Of a stretch of DNA of 32,000 nt, positions 17,230 through 25,906 are shown piece after piece. The stretch's first letter is position 1, and the number at the start of each line of letters is the position of its first letter. Origin of the DNA: Cupriavidus necator (GTDB lineage: Bacteria; Pseudomonadota; Gammaproteobacteria; Burkholderiales; Burkholderiaceae). The stretch lies in assembly GCF_016127575.1 (NCBI RefSeq), contig NZ_CP066018.1, positions 2,910,001 to 2,942,000 of the forward strand, in the 5' to 3' direction. The position numbers were made by a program, and so were the translations under genes. The notes beneath the pieces were generated by a model that saw only the letters and a program-made list of their open reading frames with translations, was not told the origin of the DNA and did no database searches.

Positions 17230-18159
17230 TTATTTGCCACGCCGTTTGCCGGCGGGCGCGCCACGTCTTGGTCGTGTTTCGCAAAGGAAGTCATAGAGCT
17301 GCTGCGCGGCAGGTGTTAAGGATCGGCTCTTGCGGCGTATTAACCCAATTTTGCGCGTCACGACCGGGTCGGTTAGTGGGACACTAACTAGAAGCGGATG
17401 ATCTGGACCTGGCATGGCGATGGATGGCACCGCTGCGATGCCAAGCCCGGCTTCGACCAAGCCCAAGGTCGTGGTGACGTGCTGCGTCTCGTAGATACTC
17501 TGCGGCAATCGTGACACGTTCGAAAGCGCCTGATCGAGGAGCAGCCGGTTGCCGGAAGCTTTGCTGACCGAGATGTAGTCATATTCGGCGAGGTCTGCCC
17601 AGGTCACTTGCCGTCGCTCCGCGAGTGGATGATCGCGACGGCAGGCCGCAACGAACCGTTCCTCCAGCAAGGGCCTGAATTCAATGTCTGGCTCTTGGCC
17701 TCCCACGAAATCGATCCCGAAATCTGCTTCACTGCGCGACACCGCTGACAGTACCTCGTTTGCGCTGGCATCCAGAATCTTTACCCGAATCTTCGGATAC
17801 TGCGCGTGGTAACGCGAGATGACTTGCGGCAAGAAGTAATAAACCGTCGACGGTACGCAAGCAATAGTCACTTCCCCCATCCGCGTCGTTGTCACTCCGC
17901 GTATGCCCAGCAGTGCCTGATCCAGTTCGTCAAGTATCTCCTTTACCTTTCGGTCGAAATCCCGGCCGACGGTCGTAAGGCTAACCCGGCGGGTGGTGCG
18001 GTCGAGTAAGCGCACTCCCAAGGCCTCTTCAAGCTTGTCTATGCGACGGCTAAAGGCCGGCTGTGAGACGTTCAGGGAGGTAGCCGCCTTGCGGAAGCTA
18101 TTCAGTTCGGCAACGGCACGAAACGCCTGCAAATCATTGAGGTTGAAGTTGATGGTCAT
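17230..18159 (-). CDS. LysR-family transcriptional regulator
   Basis: N-terminal wHTH (LNDLQAFRAVAELNSFRKAATSLNVSQPAFSRRIDKLEEALGVRLLDRTTR) followed by a LysR substrate-binding domain. ATG 18159 (MTINFNL) is preferred over 18192, because the longer form would place the shared dyad inside the coding sequence. Confidence 0.88.
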   Translation of the reverse strand: MTINFNLNDLQAFRAVAELNSFRKAATSLNVSQPAFSRRIDKLEEALGVRLLDRTTRRVSLTTVGRDFDRKVKEILDELDQALLGIRGVTTTRMGEVTIACVPSTVYYFLPQVISRYHAQYPKIRVKILDASANEVLSAVSRSEADFGIDFVGGQEPDIEFRPLLEERFVAACRRDHPLAERRQVTWADLAEYDYISVSKASGNRLLLDQALSNVSRLPQSIYETQHVTTTLGLVEAGLGIAAVPSIAMPGPDHPLLVSVPLTDPVVTRKIGLIRRKSRSLTPAAQQLYDFLCETRPRRGAPAGKRRGK

Positions 18160-18182
18160 TGCACTTTCCCGAGCGTCATCAC

Positions 18183-18207
18183 TGATGCGCATTGTGCATC
18201 AATTGAT
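18183..18207. promoter_or_regulatory. Dyad TGATGCG-N5-TGCATCA overlapping palindrome ATCAATTGAT in the lysR-bug divergent region
   Basis: Same arm sequence and spacing as the porin-upstream dyad (one mismatch). It lies 24-42 nt upstream of the preferred lysR start and about 100 nt upstream of the bug ATG. Confidence 0.5.
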
Positions 18208-18303
18208 CCTAAAAATTCAATTCACTAAAAGAAGGGAAACCACGAACATGACCAGACGGCTCCAGTAGGCCGACCAAAAAACCACATCATACGGAGCAGA
18301 CAG

Positions 18304-19275
18304 ATGCAATCATCGAAGCGACTTTTACTTTGCAGCATTGCGATCGCGGTATCACTTGGCAGCGTCAGCGCCTTTGGTGCGTTCCCTGACAAGAGAATTT
18401 CGCTGGTAGTGCCCACCGCAGCGGGAGGCGCTAATGACGCCATGGCGCGGGTAGTTGGCCAGGCAATGTCGACCATTCTCAATCAGACAATCGTGGTCGA
18501 CAACAAAGCGGGGGCGAACGGCGCGATTGCCAGTGAGTTTGTCATGCGTGCCCCACCGGACGGCTACACGTTGCTACTCGGCTACGTGGCGACACATGCC
18601 ATGAACCCTGCGCTGCAGAAGCTTCGGTACGATCCCGTTAAGGATTTTGTGCCCGTTGGCATGGTGGGTTCTTCGGCAACCGTGATGGTCGTCAATCCAA
18701 ACCTGAAGGCCAACGATGCCAAGGGAGTCGTGACGCTACTCAAAGCAACGCCAGGAAAGATCAGTTACGCGTCGGCGGGCAATGGAACCGCTCCGCATTT
18801 TGCCGCGGAGATGTTCAAACTCTCGACCGGCACCGAGATGCTTCATGTGCCGTATAAGGGGTCAGCTCCGGCGATTAACGACACAGTTGCCGGGCAGACA
18901 CAAGTGATGTTTCCGAGTCTTTTCACCGCCATGCCCCAGTTGAAGAACGGCAAGCTGAAGGCGGTCGGGATTGCAGGCAGCAAGCGCTCTTCGCTGATGC
19001 CAGAGTTGCCCACGCTGAAGGAACAAGGGATCGACGACGTTGATGTTTCCCAGTGGTATGCCATCTTCGCCCCCGCGAACACACCAGCCCCCGTTGTAGA
19101 AGCATTGAACAAGGCATTAAACCAGGCGTTGAAGGATAAAGCCGTTGTCCAGCGTTTGGAGGGACAAGGCGCAGAGGTTACGACCATGTCCACGGCCCAG
19201 ATGCGAACATTTATTCAGGAGGAACAGGTCAAGTGGAAGAAAGTAGTTCAGGCGGCAAAACTGAAGGCGGACTGA
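18304..19275 (+). CDS. Bug/TctC-family periplasmic substrate-binding protein (tripartite tricarboxylate transporter receptor)
   Basis: Signal peptide MQSSKRLLLCSIAIAVSLGSVSAFG. Family motifs are ISLVVPTAAGGANDAMAR, DNKAGANGAIA, YASAGNGTAPHFAAEMF, HVPYKGSAPA and SQWYAIFAPANTP. No TctA or TctB genes are present in the window. Confidence 0.88.
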   Translation: MQSSKRLLLCSIAIAVSLGSVSAFGAFPDKRISLVVPTAAGGANDAMARVVGQAMSTILNQTIVVDNKAGANGAIASEFVMRAPPDGYTLLLGYVATHAMNPALQKLRYDPVKDFVPVGMVGSSATVMVVNPNLKANDAKGVVTLLKATPGKISYASAGNGTAPHFAAEMFKLSTGTEMLHVPYKGSAPAINDTVAGQTQVMFPSLFTAMPQLKNGKLKAVGIAGSKRSSLMPELPTLKEQGIDDVDVSQWYAIFAPANTPAPVVEALNKALNQALKDKAVVQRLEGQGAEVTTMSTAQMRTFIQEEQVKWKKVVQAAKLKAD

Positions 19276-19276
19276 G

Positions 19277-21316
19277 ATGAGCAAGACAATACCTTGCGTG
19301 CTGATGCGAGCCGGCACCTCGCGCGGGCCGTTCTTTCTGCGGGAGTGGCTGCCCGAAAGCGTAGAGGCTCGCGACCAGGCGTTGATCGGTGCCATCGGTG
19401 CCTCCGACCCGCTTCAACTGGACGGGGTGGGCGGCGGTAGCACGCTGAACAGCAAGGTGGCGATTGTTTCGCGATCCACGCAACCCGGCTGTGACCTTGA
19501 CTACCTGTTCGTACAGGTAGGAGTGGGTAACTCCTCGGTGGACACCCGGCCCAACTGCGGCAATATGCTTTCCGGAGTCGCACCCTTTGCGATCGAGCAA
19601 GGCCTGGTTGCAGCCCAACTCGGCTCAACCCGCGTGCGCGTTCACAACGTCAATACAGGCTCGCGAATCGATGTGACGGTCCGCACGCCTAATGGGCGGG
19701 TCACCTATGACGGCGACACTCGAATCGATGGCGTTGCGGGCACTGGGTCACCAATCTTGCTCGATTTCGTCGATGCGTGGGGCGCAGTGACCGGAAAGGT
19801 CTTTCCGACGGGCAACCGCGTTGACCTGATTGACGGCATCGAAGTGACTTGTATCGATGCGGCGATGCCATTGATGCTCGTCCGGGCACGCGACCTCGGT
19901 GTCAGTGGACGCGAGGCGCCGGCCACGCTCGACAATGATCCGATACTGCTTGCGCGTCTGGAAGCGCTGCGCTTGCAGGCTGGGCAGTTGATGGGGCTGG
20001 GCGACGTCTCGGACAGCGTTATTCCAAAGCCAGTCCTGGTCAGCCCCGGCGATTCGCCGGAAAGCATTACGTCGCGCTACTTTACGCCCCGCAAATGTCA
20101 TGCGTCGCATGCAGTCACCGGCGCCATCGGCGTTGCCAGCGCATTCGCCTTACCTGGGACGGTTGCTAGCCAATTGACCCGATTGCCCGGCCGCCACGCA
20201 CTTGTCGTCTTGCACCCAGCGGGACGGATCGAAGTGGAGGTGGAATTGGAGGGGGAGGGCGATGCGGCTACTGTAACAAGAGCGGCTCTCGTTCGAACGG
20301 CACGCAAGATCATAGAAGGTCAGCTCCATCTGCCCGAATATGTCTTCTCGCGGCCGGAAGGCAGCCGAGTAAAGCAGGCCTCGGCTCGGCATTCATTGCG
20401 GATCATCGTACCAACCCGTGCCGGAGGCGGCAACGATCTTGTGGCACATCTTATTGGTCCCAGGCTTGGGCGACTGCTGGGGCATGACGTCATCATCGAT
20501 AACCGTCCCGGTGCCAACGGCGGCATCGCCTGCGAGTACGTGGCGCGGGCAGTACCCGATGGTCAGACGCTCTTGCTCGGCTATATTGGAACTCATTCAA
20601 TGAATCCGGCCCTGCAACCTGTTGGGTATGATCCGGTTTCGTCTTTTTCTCCGGTCGGGCTTATAGGATCGTCACCGATATTGTTGGTGGCGAATCCAAT
20701 GCAGACGCCGCTTGACCTGGGTACGCTGGTCGCCCACATGAAGCGCGAGCCTGGAAGGTTTCGCTACGCGTCCGCAGGGGACGGTACACCGCCGCACTTT
20801 GCCGCAGAGCTTTTCCAACTGGCCACTGGCACTTCGATGCGCAGTACTACCTTCGAGGGCGCAGCGCCTGCCATCGCGTCGACCATTGATGGACGGACAC
20901 AGGTTATGTTCGCGAGCCTGCTGACAGCGTATCGGCCGGTGGGTGCCGGTCAGTTGCGAGCACTGGCAGTCGCCGGACCCAAACGTCTGCCAGTGCTGCC
21001 AGAAGTACCGACGCTTGCGGAGTTGGGCGTGAGGGGCATGGAATTGACTCAGTGGTATGGTCTGTTTGCCCCGGCGGGAACTGCTGCCACGATGGTGGAG
21101 CAGCTCAATGGCGCCTTGGCTGCAGTCCTACGGGATCCAGAGGTCAAAGAGGGCTTCGAGAGCTACGGCGCAGCCCCCGAGCCGGGCGGTTCCGAACTTC
21201 TCGCAAGACGGGTGGAGACTGAACTAGAGCGCTGGCAGCGCATTGTTAGGGTGTCAGGTCTTGCGCCGTCGTCGATCGACGGTGACCCGGTGCAACAGTT
21301 TCTGGAGCCCTGCTAA
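19277..21316 (+). CDS. Fusion protein: N-terminal PrpF/GalD/Mii-family isomerase plus C-terminal signal-less Bug/TctC domain
   Basis: A single uninterrupted 679-codon frame starting 1 nt after the bug stop. Residues 1 to about 350 show IPCVLMRAGTSRGPFF, RPNCGNMLSGVAPFA and a C-terminal RTARKIIEG (PrpF family). Residues about 370-679 show RIIVPTRAGGGNDL, DNRPGANGGIA, YASAGDGTPPHFAAELF and TQWYGLFAPAGT (Bug family). Confidence 0.8.
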   Translation: MSKTIPCVLMRAGTSRGPFFLREWLPESVEARDQALIGAIGASDPLQLDGVGGGSTLNSKVAIVSRSTQPGCDLDYLFVQVGVGNSSVDTRPNCGNMLSGVAPFAIEQGLVAAQLGSTRVRVHNVNTGSRIDVTVRTPNGRVTYDGDTRIDGVAGTGSPILLDFVDAWGAVTGKVFPTGNRVDLIDGIEVTCIDAAMPLMLVRARDLGVSGREAPATLDNDPILLARLEALRLQAGQLMGLGDVSDSVIPKPVLVSPGDSPESITSRYFTPRKCHASHAVTGAIGVASAFALPGTVASQLTRLPGRHALVVLHPAGRIEVEVELEGEGDAATVTRAALVRTARKIIEGQLHLPEYVFSRPEGSRVKQASARHSLRIIVPTRAGGGNDLVAHLIGPRLGRLLGHDVIIDNRPGANGGIACEYVARAVPDGQTLLLGYIGTHSMNPALQPVGYDPVSSFSPVGLIGSSPILLVANPMQTPLDLGTLVAHMKREPGRFRYASAGDGTPPHFAAELFQLATGTSMRSTTFEGAAPAIASTIDGRTQVMFASLLTAYRPVGAGQLRALAVAGPKRLPVLPEVPTLAELGVRGMELTQWYGLFAPAGTAATMVEQLNGALAAVLRDPEVKEGFESYGAAPEPGGSELLARRVETELERWQRIVRVSGLAPSSIDGDPVQQFLEPC

Positions 21317-21647
21317 ATTACTTCGTAAGAGGTAGCGGTCGGTAACCGATGTGGTGCCTGCAACCGGCGCACGCTCGATTGTTGGGGTTCGCCTGCCTGC
21401 GAAAACGGAGATACTTTGGGACAACAGAACCGGTTATGGACGGCCGCCATGCTCGACCATCGCTGTGATGAGCCGGCCAAGGACTGCCTACAGTCTTGCA
21501 ACTGCATATCAGCCGGGTTCCGTGTCGGCTCGAAGGAAGTCGGCAATGATTTCGGCAGACCTGCAAGAGTTGATGAAGGGATTTCCGGCCAGGCTCCCCG
21601 CATTACGTGGGGGGCCTTGCACTGACTCGATCGTCGCAATATGGGCA

Positions 21648-21849
21648 ATGCCGCCGCGCGCGTACCGCCCCCTGAGAAGGCGAGGATGACCAGGTTTTCG
21701 TTGTCCGCCGAATACTGGGGGCGCGTGAAGAAGCGATAGCCGGCACCCTGGTCCGCGTGCGCGCTCGTCGGATTGACTGGCCGGGAGGCGCAGGCGGCAA
21801 GCAGAAGCAGCATCGAAATGACGGCCAAGGCTGAGGTCGGCGATCTGGC
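21648..21849 (-). pseudogene. Truncated patatin-like phospholipase lipoprotein (N-terminal fragment)
   Basis: A lipobox (MLLLLAAC) is followed by NLVILAFSGGGTRAAA, the oxyanion-hole glycine motif of patatin-like lipoproteins. Similarity is lost immediately afterward. No GxSxG nucleophile region follows in frame. Confidence 0.55.
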
Positions 21850-22091
21850 AATAGGTCCCCCGCGGCGACTGCAGGACGAACCGGACCGGGCGGGTCGGCG
21901 TGCTGCAACTCCCCCAATACTAGTCGGCCAATGTAGCGATTGGCATACGTTTTGAGGTTGTCCCGGCGCGGCCACTCGTCTAGACTGGATTTCACCTGCC
22001 CAAGAGACCGGTACTTAACCTGGCTTGGCGAATGCGCGGCGGTGAGGCCGCCGATCCGGTACCTTTGCGGTGATCTGCAGGGAGACAAGCG

Positions 22092-23195
22092 ATGTTGCCC
22101 ACGCCCACTTCAGAGAGAGCGCTGTCCCGCGGACTACTCGATGTGCTGATCCGTGCCGGGCTGATCGCGGTGCTGGCAATCTTCTGCTTCCGGATATTCC
22201 GCCCCTTCCTCGATCTCATTGTCTGGTCCGTGATCCTGGCGGTGACCATCTACCCGCTCCAGGTCAGGCTCAGGCGCAGGCTGGGCAACAAGGACGGCCG
22301 CGCCGCCACGCTGATCGTGCTGGCCGCCATCGCCATCATTGCGCTGCCAGCCTACCTGCTGGGCGCCGCCATGATCGACTCGATGGAGAATGCGATCGCC
22401 ATCGTCAAGAGCGAAGGCATTCATATTCCGCCACCGCATGAGTCGGTCGCCAGCTGGCCGCTGGTTGGCCAGCGCCTGTATGACCTCTGGCTGCAAGCCG
22501 CCTCGGACCTGGCCAGCGTGGTGCAGACGCTGGCGCCTCAGATCAAGGAAATCAGCCTGGCCGTGCTGGCCGCAGCCGCCGGCATCGGCAAGGGGCTGCT
22601 GATCTTCGTCTTCGCGCTGATTATCGGGGGCATCTTCATGGCCTACGGCGAGGCCGGCAACCGCAGCACCGTGCAGATTGCCTCGCGCATTTTCGGCCTG
22701 GAGCGGGGCCAGCGCATCGCCACGCTATGCACCGCGACCATCCGTGCTGTGGCGCAGGGCGTGGTCGGCATCGCCTTCATCCAGATGCTGCTGATCGGCA
22801 TAGGTTTTGTGATCAAGGGGGTTCCTGCCGCGGGCGTGCTGGCCATGGCCGTGCTGCTGCTGGGCATCGCGCAGTTGCCGGCAACGCTGATCACGGTGCC
22901 GGTGATCATCTATGTCTTTGCCACGGAAGGTGCCAGCGTTGCCACTATCGTCTTCGCCATCTATGTCTTCGTGGCGGGACTGGCCGACAACGTGCTCAAG
23001 CCACTGCTGCTCGGGCGCGGCGTCGATGTGCCGATGCCGGTGGTATTGATCGGTGCCCTGGGCGGCATGGTGACAGGCGGCGTGATCGGCCTGTTTATCG
23101 GTCCGGTGGTGCTTGCGGTCGGGTATCAGCTGTTCTGGCAATGGGTGGAAGACCCGCCGCCGCAAGCGGATCCCGGCAACCAGCAACAGACCTGA
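22092..23195 (+). CDS. AI-2E (PerM/UPF0118) family transporter
   Basis: A 367-aa polytopic membrane protein. The layout is characteristic of the family (RIFRPFLDLIVWSVILAVTIYPL ... ADNVLKPLLLGRGVDVPMPVVLIGALGGMVTGGVIGLFIGPVVLAV). GGGAGA lies upstream of the ATG. Confidence 0.82.
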   Translation: MLPTPTSERALSRGLLDVLIRAGLIAVLAIFCFRIFRPFLDLIVWSVILAVTIYPLQVRLRRRLGNKDGRAATLIVLAAIAIIALPAYLLGAAMIDSMENAIAIVKSEGIHIPPPHESVASWPLVGQRLYDLWLQAASDLASVVQTLAPQIKEISLAVLAAAAGIGKGLLIFVFALIIGGIFMAYGEAGNRSTVQIASRIFGLERGQRIATLCTATIRAVAQGVVGIAFIQMLLIGIGFVIKGVPAAGVLAMAVLLLGIAQLPATLITVPVIIYVFATEGASVATIVFAIYVFVAGLADNVLKPLLLGRGVDVPMPVVLIGALGGMVTGGVIGLFIGPVVLAVGYQLFWQWVEDPPPQADPGNQQQT

Positions 23196-23213
23196 AGTGG
23201 TCCGGGGTCACGC

Positions 23214-24758
23214 ATGTCGCGCTGGAATCATCCGCTGCGCGCATTGCTGGCCTGCGCCTGTTGCCTTGGCGGCTGCGCGCGCCTGGGGCCGGATTTCCAG
23301 CCGCAGCATGCGCCCTGGACGCAGCAGTGGCACAGCCCGGCGCTTGAGCAGGCGACCGAGCAGCGGGCCCAGCCCGACATCCGCGAGTGGTGGCAGGTCT
23401 TTGCCGACCCGACGCTCGAACGCCTGGTCGCCGAAGCCGACGCGCACAATGCCAGCCTGCGGATTGCCGGCCTGCGCGTGATGGAAGCGCGCGCCCAACT
23501 GGGCATTGCCCAGAGCGGGCGCTTCCCGCAACTGCAGCAGGCCAGTGCCGATGCCCTGTACACGGACCGCCGGCAGGCCGGCGGCCTGAACCCGCAGAAC
23601 AGCCGCTTCTGGCAATACAGCGCGGGCTTCGACATCGGCTGGGAACTCGATTTCTGGGGCCGCTTCAGCCGCGCCATCGAATCTGCCGATGCTGTCTATT
23701 TTGCCGCCCGAGCCAACCGCGACGATGTGCTGGTGCTGCTGCGCGCCCAGGTGGCTGAGACCTACTTTGCGCTGCGCACGGCCGAGGCACGGCTGCGCAT
23801 CGCCCGCGACAACGCAGCGCTGCAAAAGCGCAGCCTTGAGATCACCGAGCGGCTGTTCAAGAGTGGCGAGACCGACGAGCTCGACCTGCAGCAAGCGAAG
23901 ACGCAGTACCTGGGCACCCTGAGCAGCATTCCTGAATTTGAAAGCCAGATCATGCGCACCCGCAATGCCCTGGCGGTGCTGATGGGCCGCCCGCCAGGCC
24001 CGTTGCCGGAGCTGCCGGAACTGGTGGGCAAGGAAGGGGTGATTCCACTGATCGATCGCGCGGTACTGCAGGATGTGCCTGCCAGCCTGTTGTTGCGCCG
24101 TCCGGATATTCGCGCCGCCGAGCTGCAGATTGCCGCGCAATCGGCGCTGATCGGCGTGGCCGAAGCCGATCTCTATCCGTCGCTGACGTTGCTGGGCAGC
24201 ATTGTCTGGTCCGCCAGCACGCTGGCCGGCACGCCCAACAGCCTGGCCCTGATCGGTGGCCCCAGCCTGCGCTGGAGCGTGTTCGACTACGGCCGCATCA
24301 AGAACACCGTGCGCGTGCAGGACGCCCGCCTGCAGCAGCTGATCGTCGCCTACCAGGATGCCGTGCGGCAGGCGGCGCGCGAGGCCGACGATGCCGCCAG
24401 TGCCCTGATCAAGGCGCTGGATCGCGAGCAGATCCTGCGCGACAGCGCGCTGGCCGCCAGGCGTTCGCTGACGCTGGCCAACGCGCTCTACCGCGAAGGC
24501 TACTCGGACTTCCAGCGCGTGCTGGATGCTCAGCGTGCGCTGGCCACCCAGCAGGACGCCTACCTGGTCAACCGCAGCAATGCCGTCAGCAACCTGATCG
24601 CCTTGTACAAGGCCCTCGGCGGCAGCTGGCACAGCGAGCAGCCACTGGTGGACCCGGCCACCCGTCAGCAGATGCAGCAACGCACCGACTGGGGGAACCT
24701 GCTGGATGAACCGGGCCCGCCGTCCGCCGGTGCCAGCCTCCCAGTGAAGCAGAGGTAG
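23214..24758 (+). CDS. Efflux outer-membrane factor lipoprotein, NodT family
   Basis: Lipobox LGGC followed by the typical PDFQPQHAP. WWQVFADPTLERLV is present, as are two repeated OEP halves (LDLQQAKTQY..., VLDAQRALATQQD...). Confidence 0.9.
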   Translation: MSRWNHPLRALLACACCLGGCARLGPDFQPQHAPWTQQWHSPALEQATEQRAQPDIREWWQVFADPTLERLVAEADAHNASLRIAGLRVMEARAQLGIAQSGRFPQLQQASADALYTDRRQAGGLNPQNSRFWQYSAGFDIGWELDFWGRFSRAIESADAVYFAARANRDDVLVLLRAQVAETYFALRTAEARLRIARDNAALQKRSLEITERLFKSGETDELDLQQAKTQYLGTLSSIPEFESQIMRTRNALAVLMGRPPGPLPELPELVGKEGVIPLIDRAVLQDVPASLLLRRPDIRAAELQIAAQSALIGVAEADLYPSLTLLGSIVWSASTLAGTPNSLALIGGPSLRWSVFDYGRIKNTVRVQDARLQQLIVAYQDAVRQAAREADDAASALIKALDREQILRDSALAARRSLTLANALYREGYSDFQRVLDAQRALATQQDAYLVNRSNAVSNLIALYKALGGSWHSEQPLVDPATRQQMQQRTDWGNLLDEPGPPSAGASLPVKQR

Positions 24759-24778
24759 ATCTCCCTGAGCGAGTGCCG

Positions 24779-25906
24779 ATGAGCGATGCCCCGCAACCCA
24801 CCGCAGCCCCAGCGCCCAGCGCACCGCCGCCCGCCGCCGACCCGGCAAGGAAGGGCGTGCGCTGGGTGCTCTTGCTGATCGTCATCAGCCTGACCTGGTA
24901 CCTGTTTGCCGACCGGTTGACCCCGTACACGCAGCAGGCGCGGGTACAGGCTTTCGTGGTGCCGGTTGCGGCGGAAGTGTCCGGGCGTGTGACCAAGGTG
25001 CATGTGCGCAACAACCAGGACGTCGCGGCAGGCACTGTCCTGTTCGAGGTGGATCCCCAGCACTACAAGATTGCCGTGGACCGCGCCCGCGCCGATCTGG
25101 AGTCGACACGCCGGCAGATCGGCGCCAGCACCGCGGGCATCGAATCGGCGCAGGCATCGCTGCGCGCAGCACGCGCCAACGAGCTCAAGGCGCGCCAGGA
25201 CAGGGACCGCCTGGAGCGCCTGTACAGCGATGATCCCGGCACCATTTCCCTGCGCCGTCTGGAGGTGGCGCGCGCCAGCCTCGAGCAGGCTGTCAGCCAG
25301 GTCGCCGCCGCCAAGGCCGAGGTCCAGCGTGCGCGCGAACAGCAGGGGGGCAGCGAGGAAGAGAACGCCAAGCTGCGCAGCGCCGCCACTGCCCTGGAAA
25401 AGGCCGAACTGGATCTCGCCAATACGCAGGTGCGGGCGCGCGCCGCCGGGCTGGTCACCGACCTGCGCACCGATGCCGGCCAGTTTGCCGCGGCCGGCAA
25501 TCCGGTCATGACGCTGATCGCGATCCACGATCTGTGGATCAGCGCGGAGATGACCGAGAACAACCTGGGCCGTGTCGAGCCCGGCACGCCGGTTGCCATC
25601 GTGCTGGATGCGCTGCCGGGCAGGATCTTTGAGGGCCGGGTGCGCAGTGTCGGCTATGGCGTCAACGTCGGCCCGAGCACGCCGCCGGGCAGCTTGCCGA
25701 CGGTGCAGAACAGCCGAGACTGGCTGCGTCCGGCGCAACGCTTCCCGGTGGTGGTCGAGATTGCCCAGGGCGAACTCGCCTCGATGCGCGGCATTCGCGT
25801 GGGCGGGCAGGCCGAGGTCATGGCGTTTCCCACCCAGGGCAACCCGCTCAATCCGCTCGGCCGTGTATTCCTGTACCTGATGAGCTGGCTTTCCTATGTC
25901 TACTGA
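24779..25906 (+). CDS. HlyD-family membrane fusion (periplasmic adaptor) protein
   Basis: An N-terminal TM (VRWVLLLIVISLTWYLF), a lipoyl-like hairpin (VAAEVSGRVTKVHVRNNQDVAAGTVLFEVDP), a long coiled coil and a beta-barrel (ANTQVRARAAGLVTDL). GTG 24773 is an alternative start. Confidence 0.88.
   Translation: MSDAPQPTAAPAPSAPPPAADPARKGVRWVLLLIVISLTWYLFADRLTPYTQQARVQAFVVPVAAEVSGRVTKVHVRNNQDVAAGTVLFEVDPQHYKIAVDRARADLESTRRQIGASTAGIESAQASLRAARANELKARQDRDRLERLYSDDPGTISLRRLEVARASLEQAVSQVAAAKAEVQRAREQQGGSEEENAKLRSAATALEKAELDLANTQVRARAAGLVTDLRTDAGQFAAAGNPVMTLIAIHDLWISAEMTENNLGRVEPGTPVAIVLDALPGRIFEGRVRSVGYGVNVGPSTPPGSLPTVQNSRDWLRPAQRFPVVVEIAQGELASMRGIRVGGQAEVMAFPTQGNPLNPLGRVFLYLMSWLSYVY

Larger units (their letters stand above)
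12170..21650. other. AT-richer accessory block (porin plus organic-acid CoA module plus LysR plus Bug genes) between two gene remnants
   Basis: Hand counts on 60-nt lines gave 48%, 50% and 60% G+C inside (lines 18301, 13201, 15001) and 63% and 73% outside (lines 24001, 2221). The left edge abuts the ggt fragment beside tRNA-Arg. The right edge truncates a patatin-like gene. Confidence 0.5.

Noticed and set aside
11495-21900. Looked for hallmarks of a canonical integrative island: an integrase next to tRNA-Arg and a direct repeat of the tRNA 3' end (GGTTCGAATCCTCTAGGACGCGCCA) at the far boundary.
   Set aside because: No integrase-like ORF exists, and I saw no TTCGAATCC-containing repeat by eye near either composition boundary. 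I therefore report only an accessory block with remnant-bounded edges, not a defined mobile element. A computational repeat search is still needed.
21313-21975. The 220-codon minus-strand ORF read as one intact gene.
   Set aside because: Only residues about 43-109 look like a known family (patatin-like lipoprotein N-terminus). The first roughly 40 and last roughly 110 residues are unrelated low-information sequence, so it is called as a truncated remnant.
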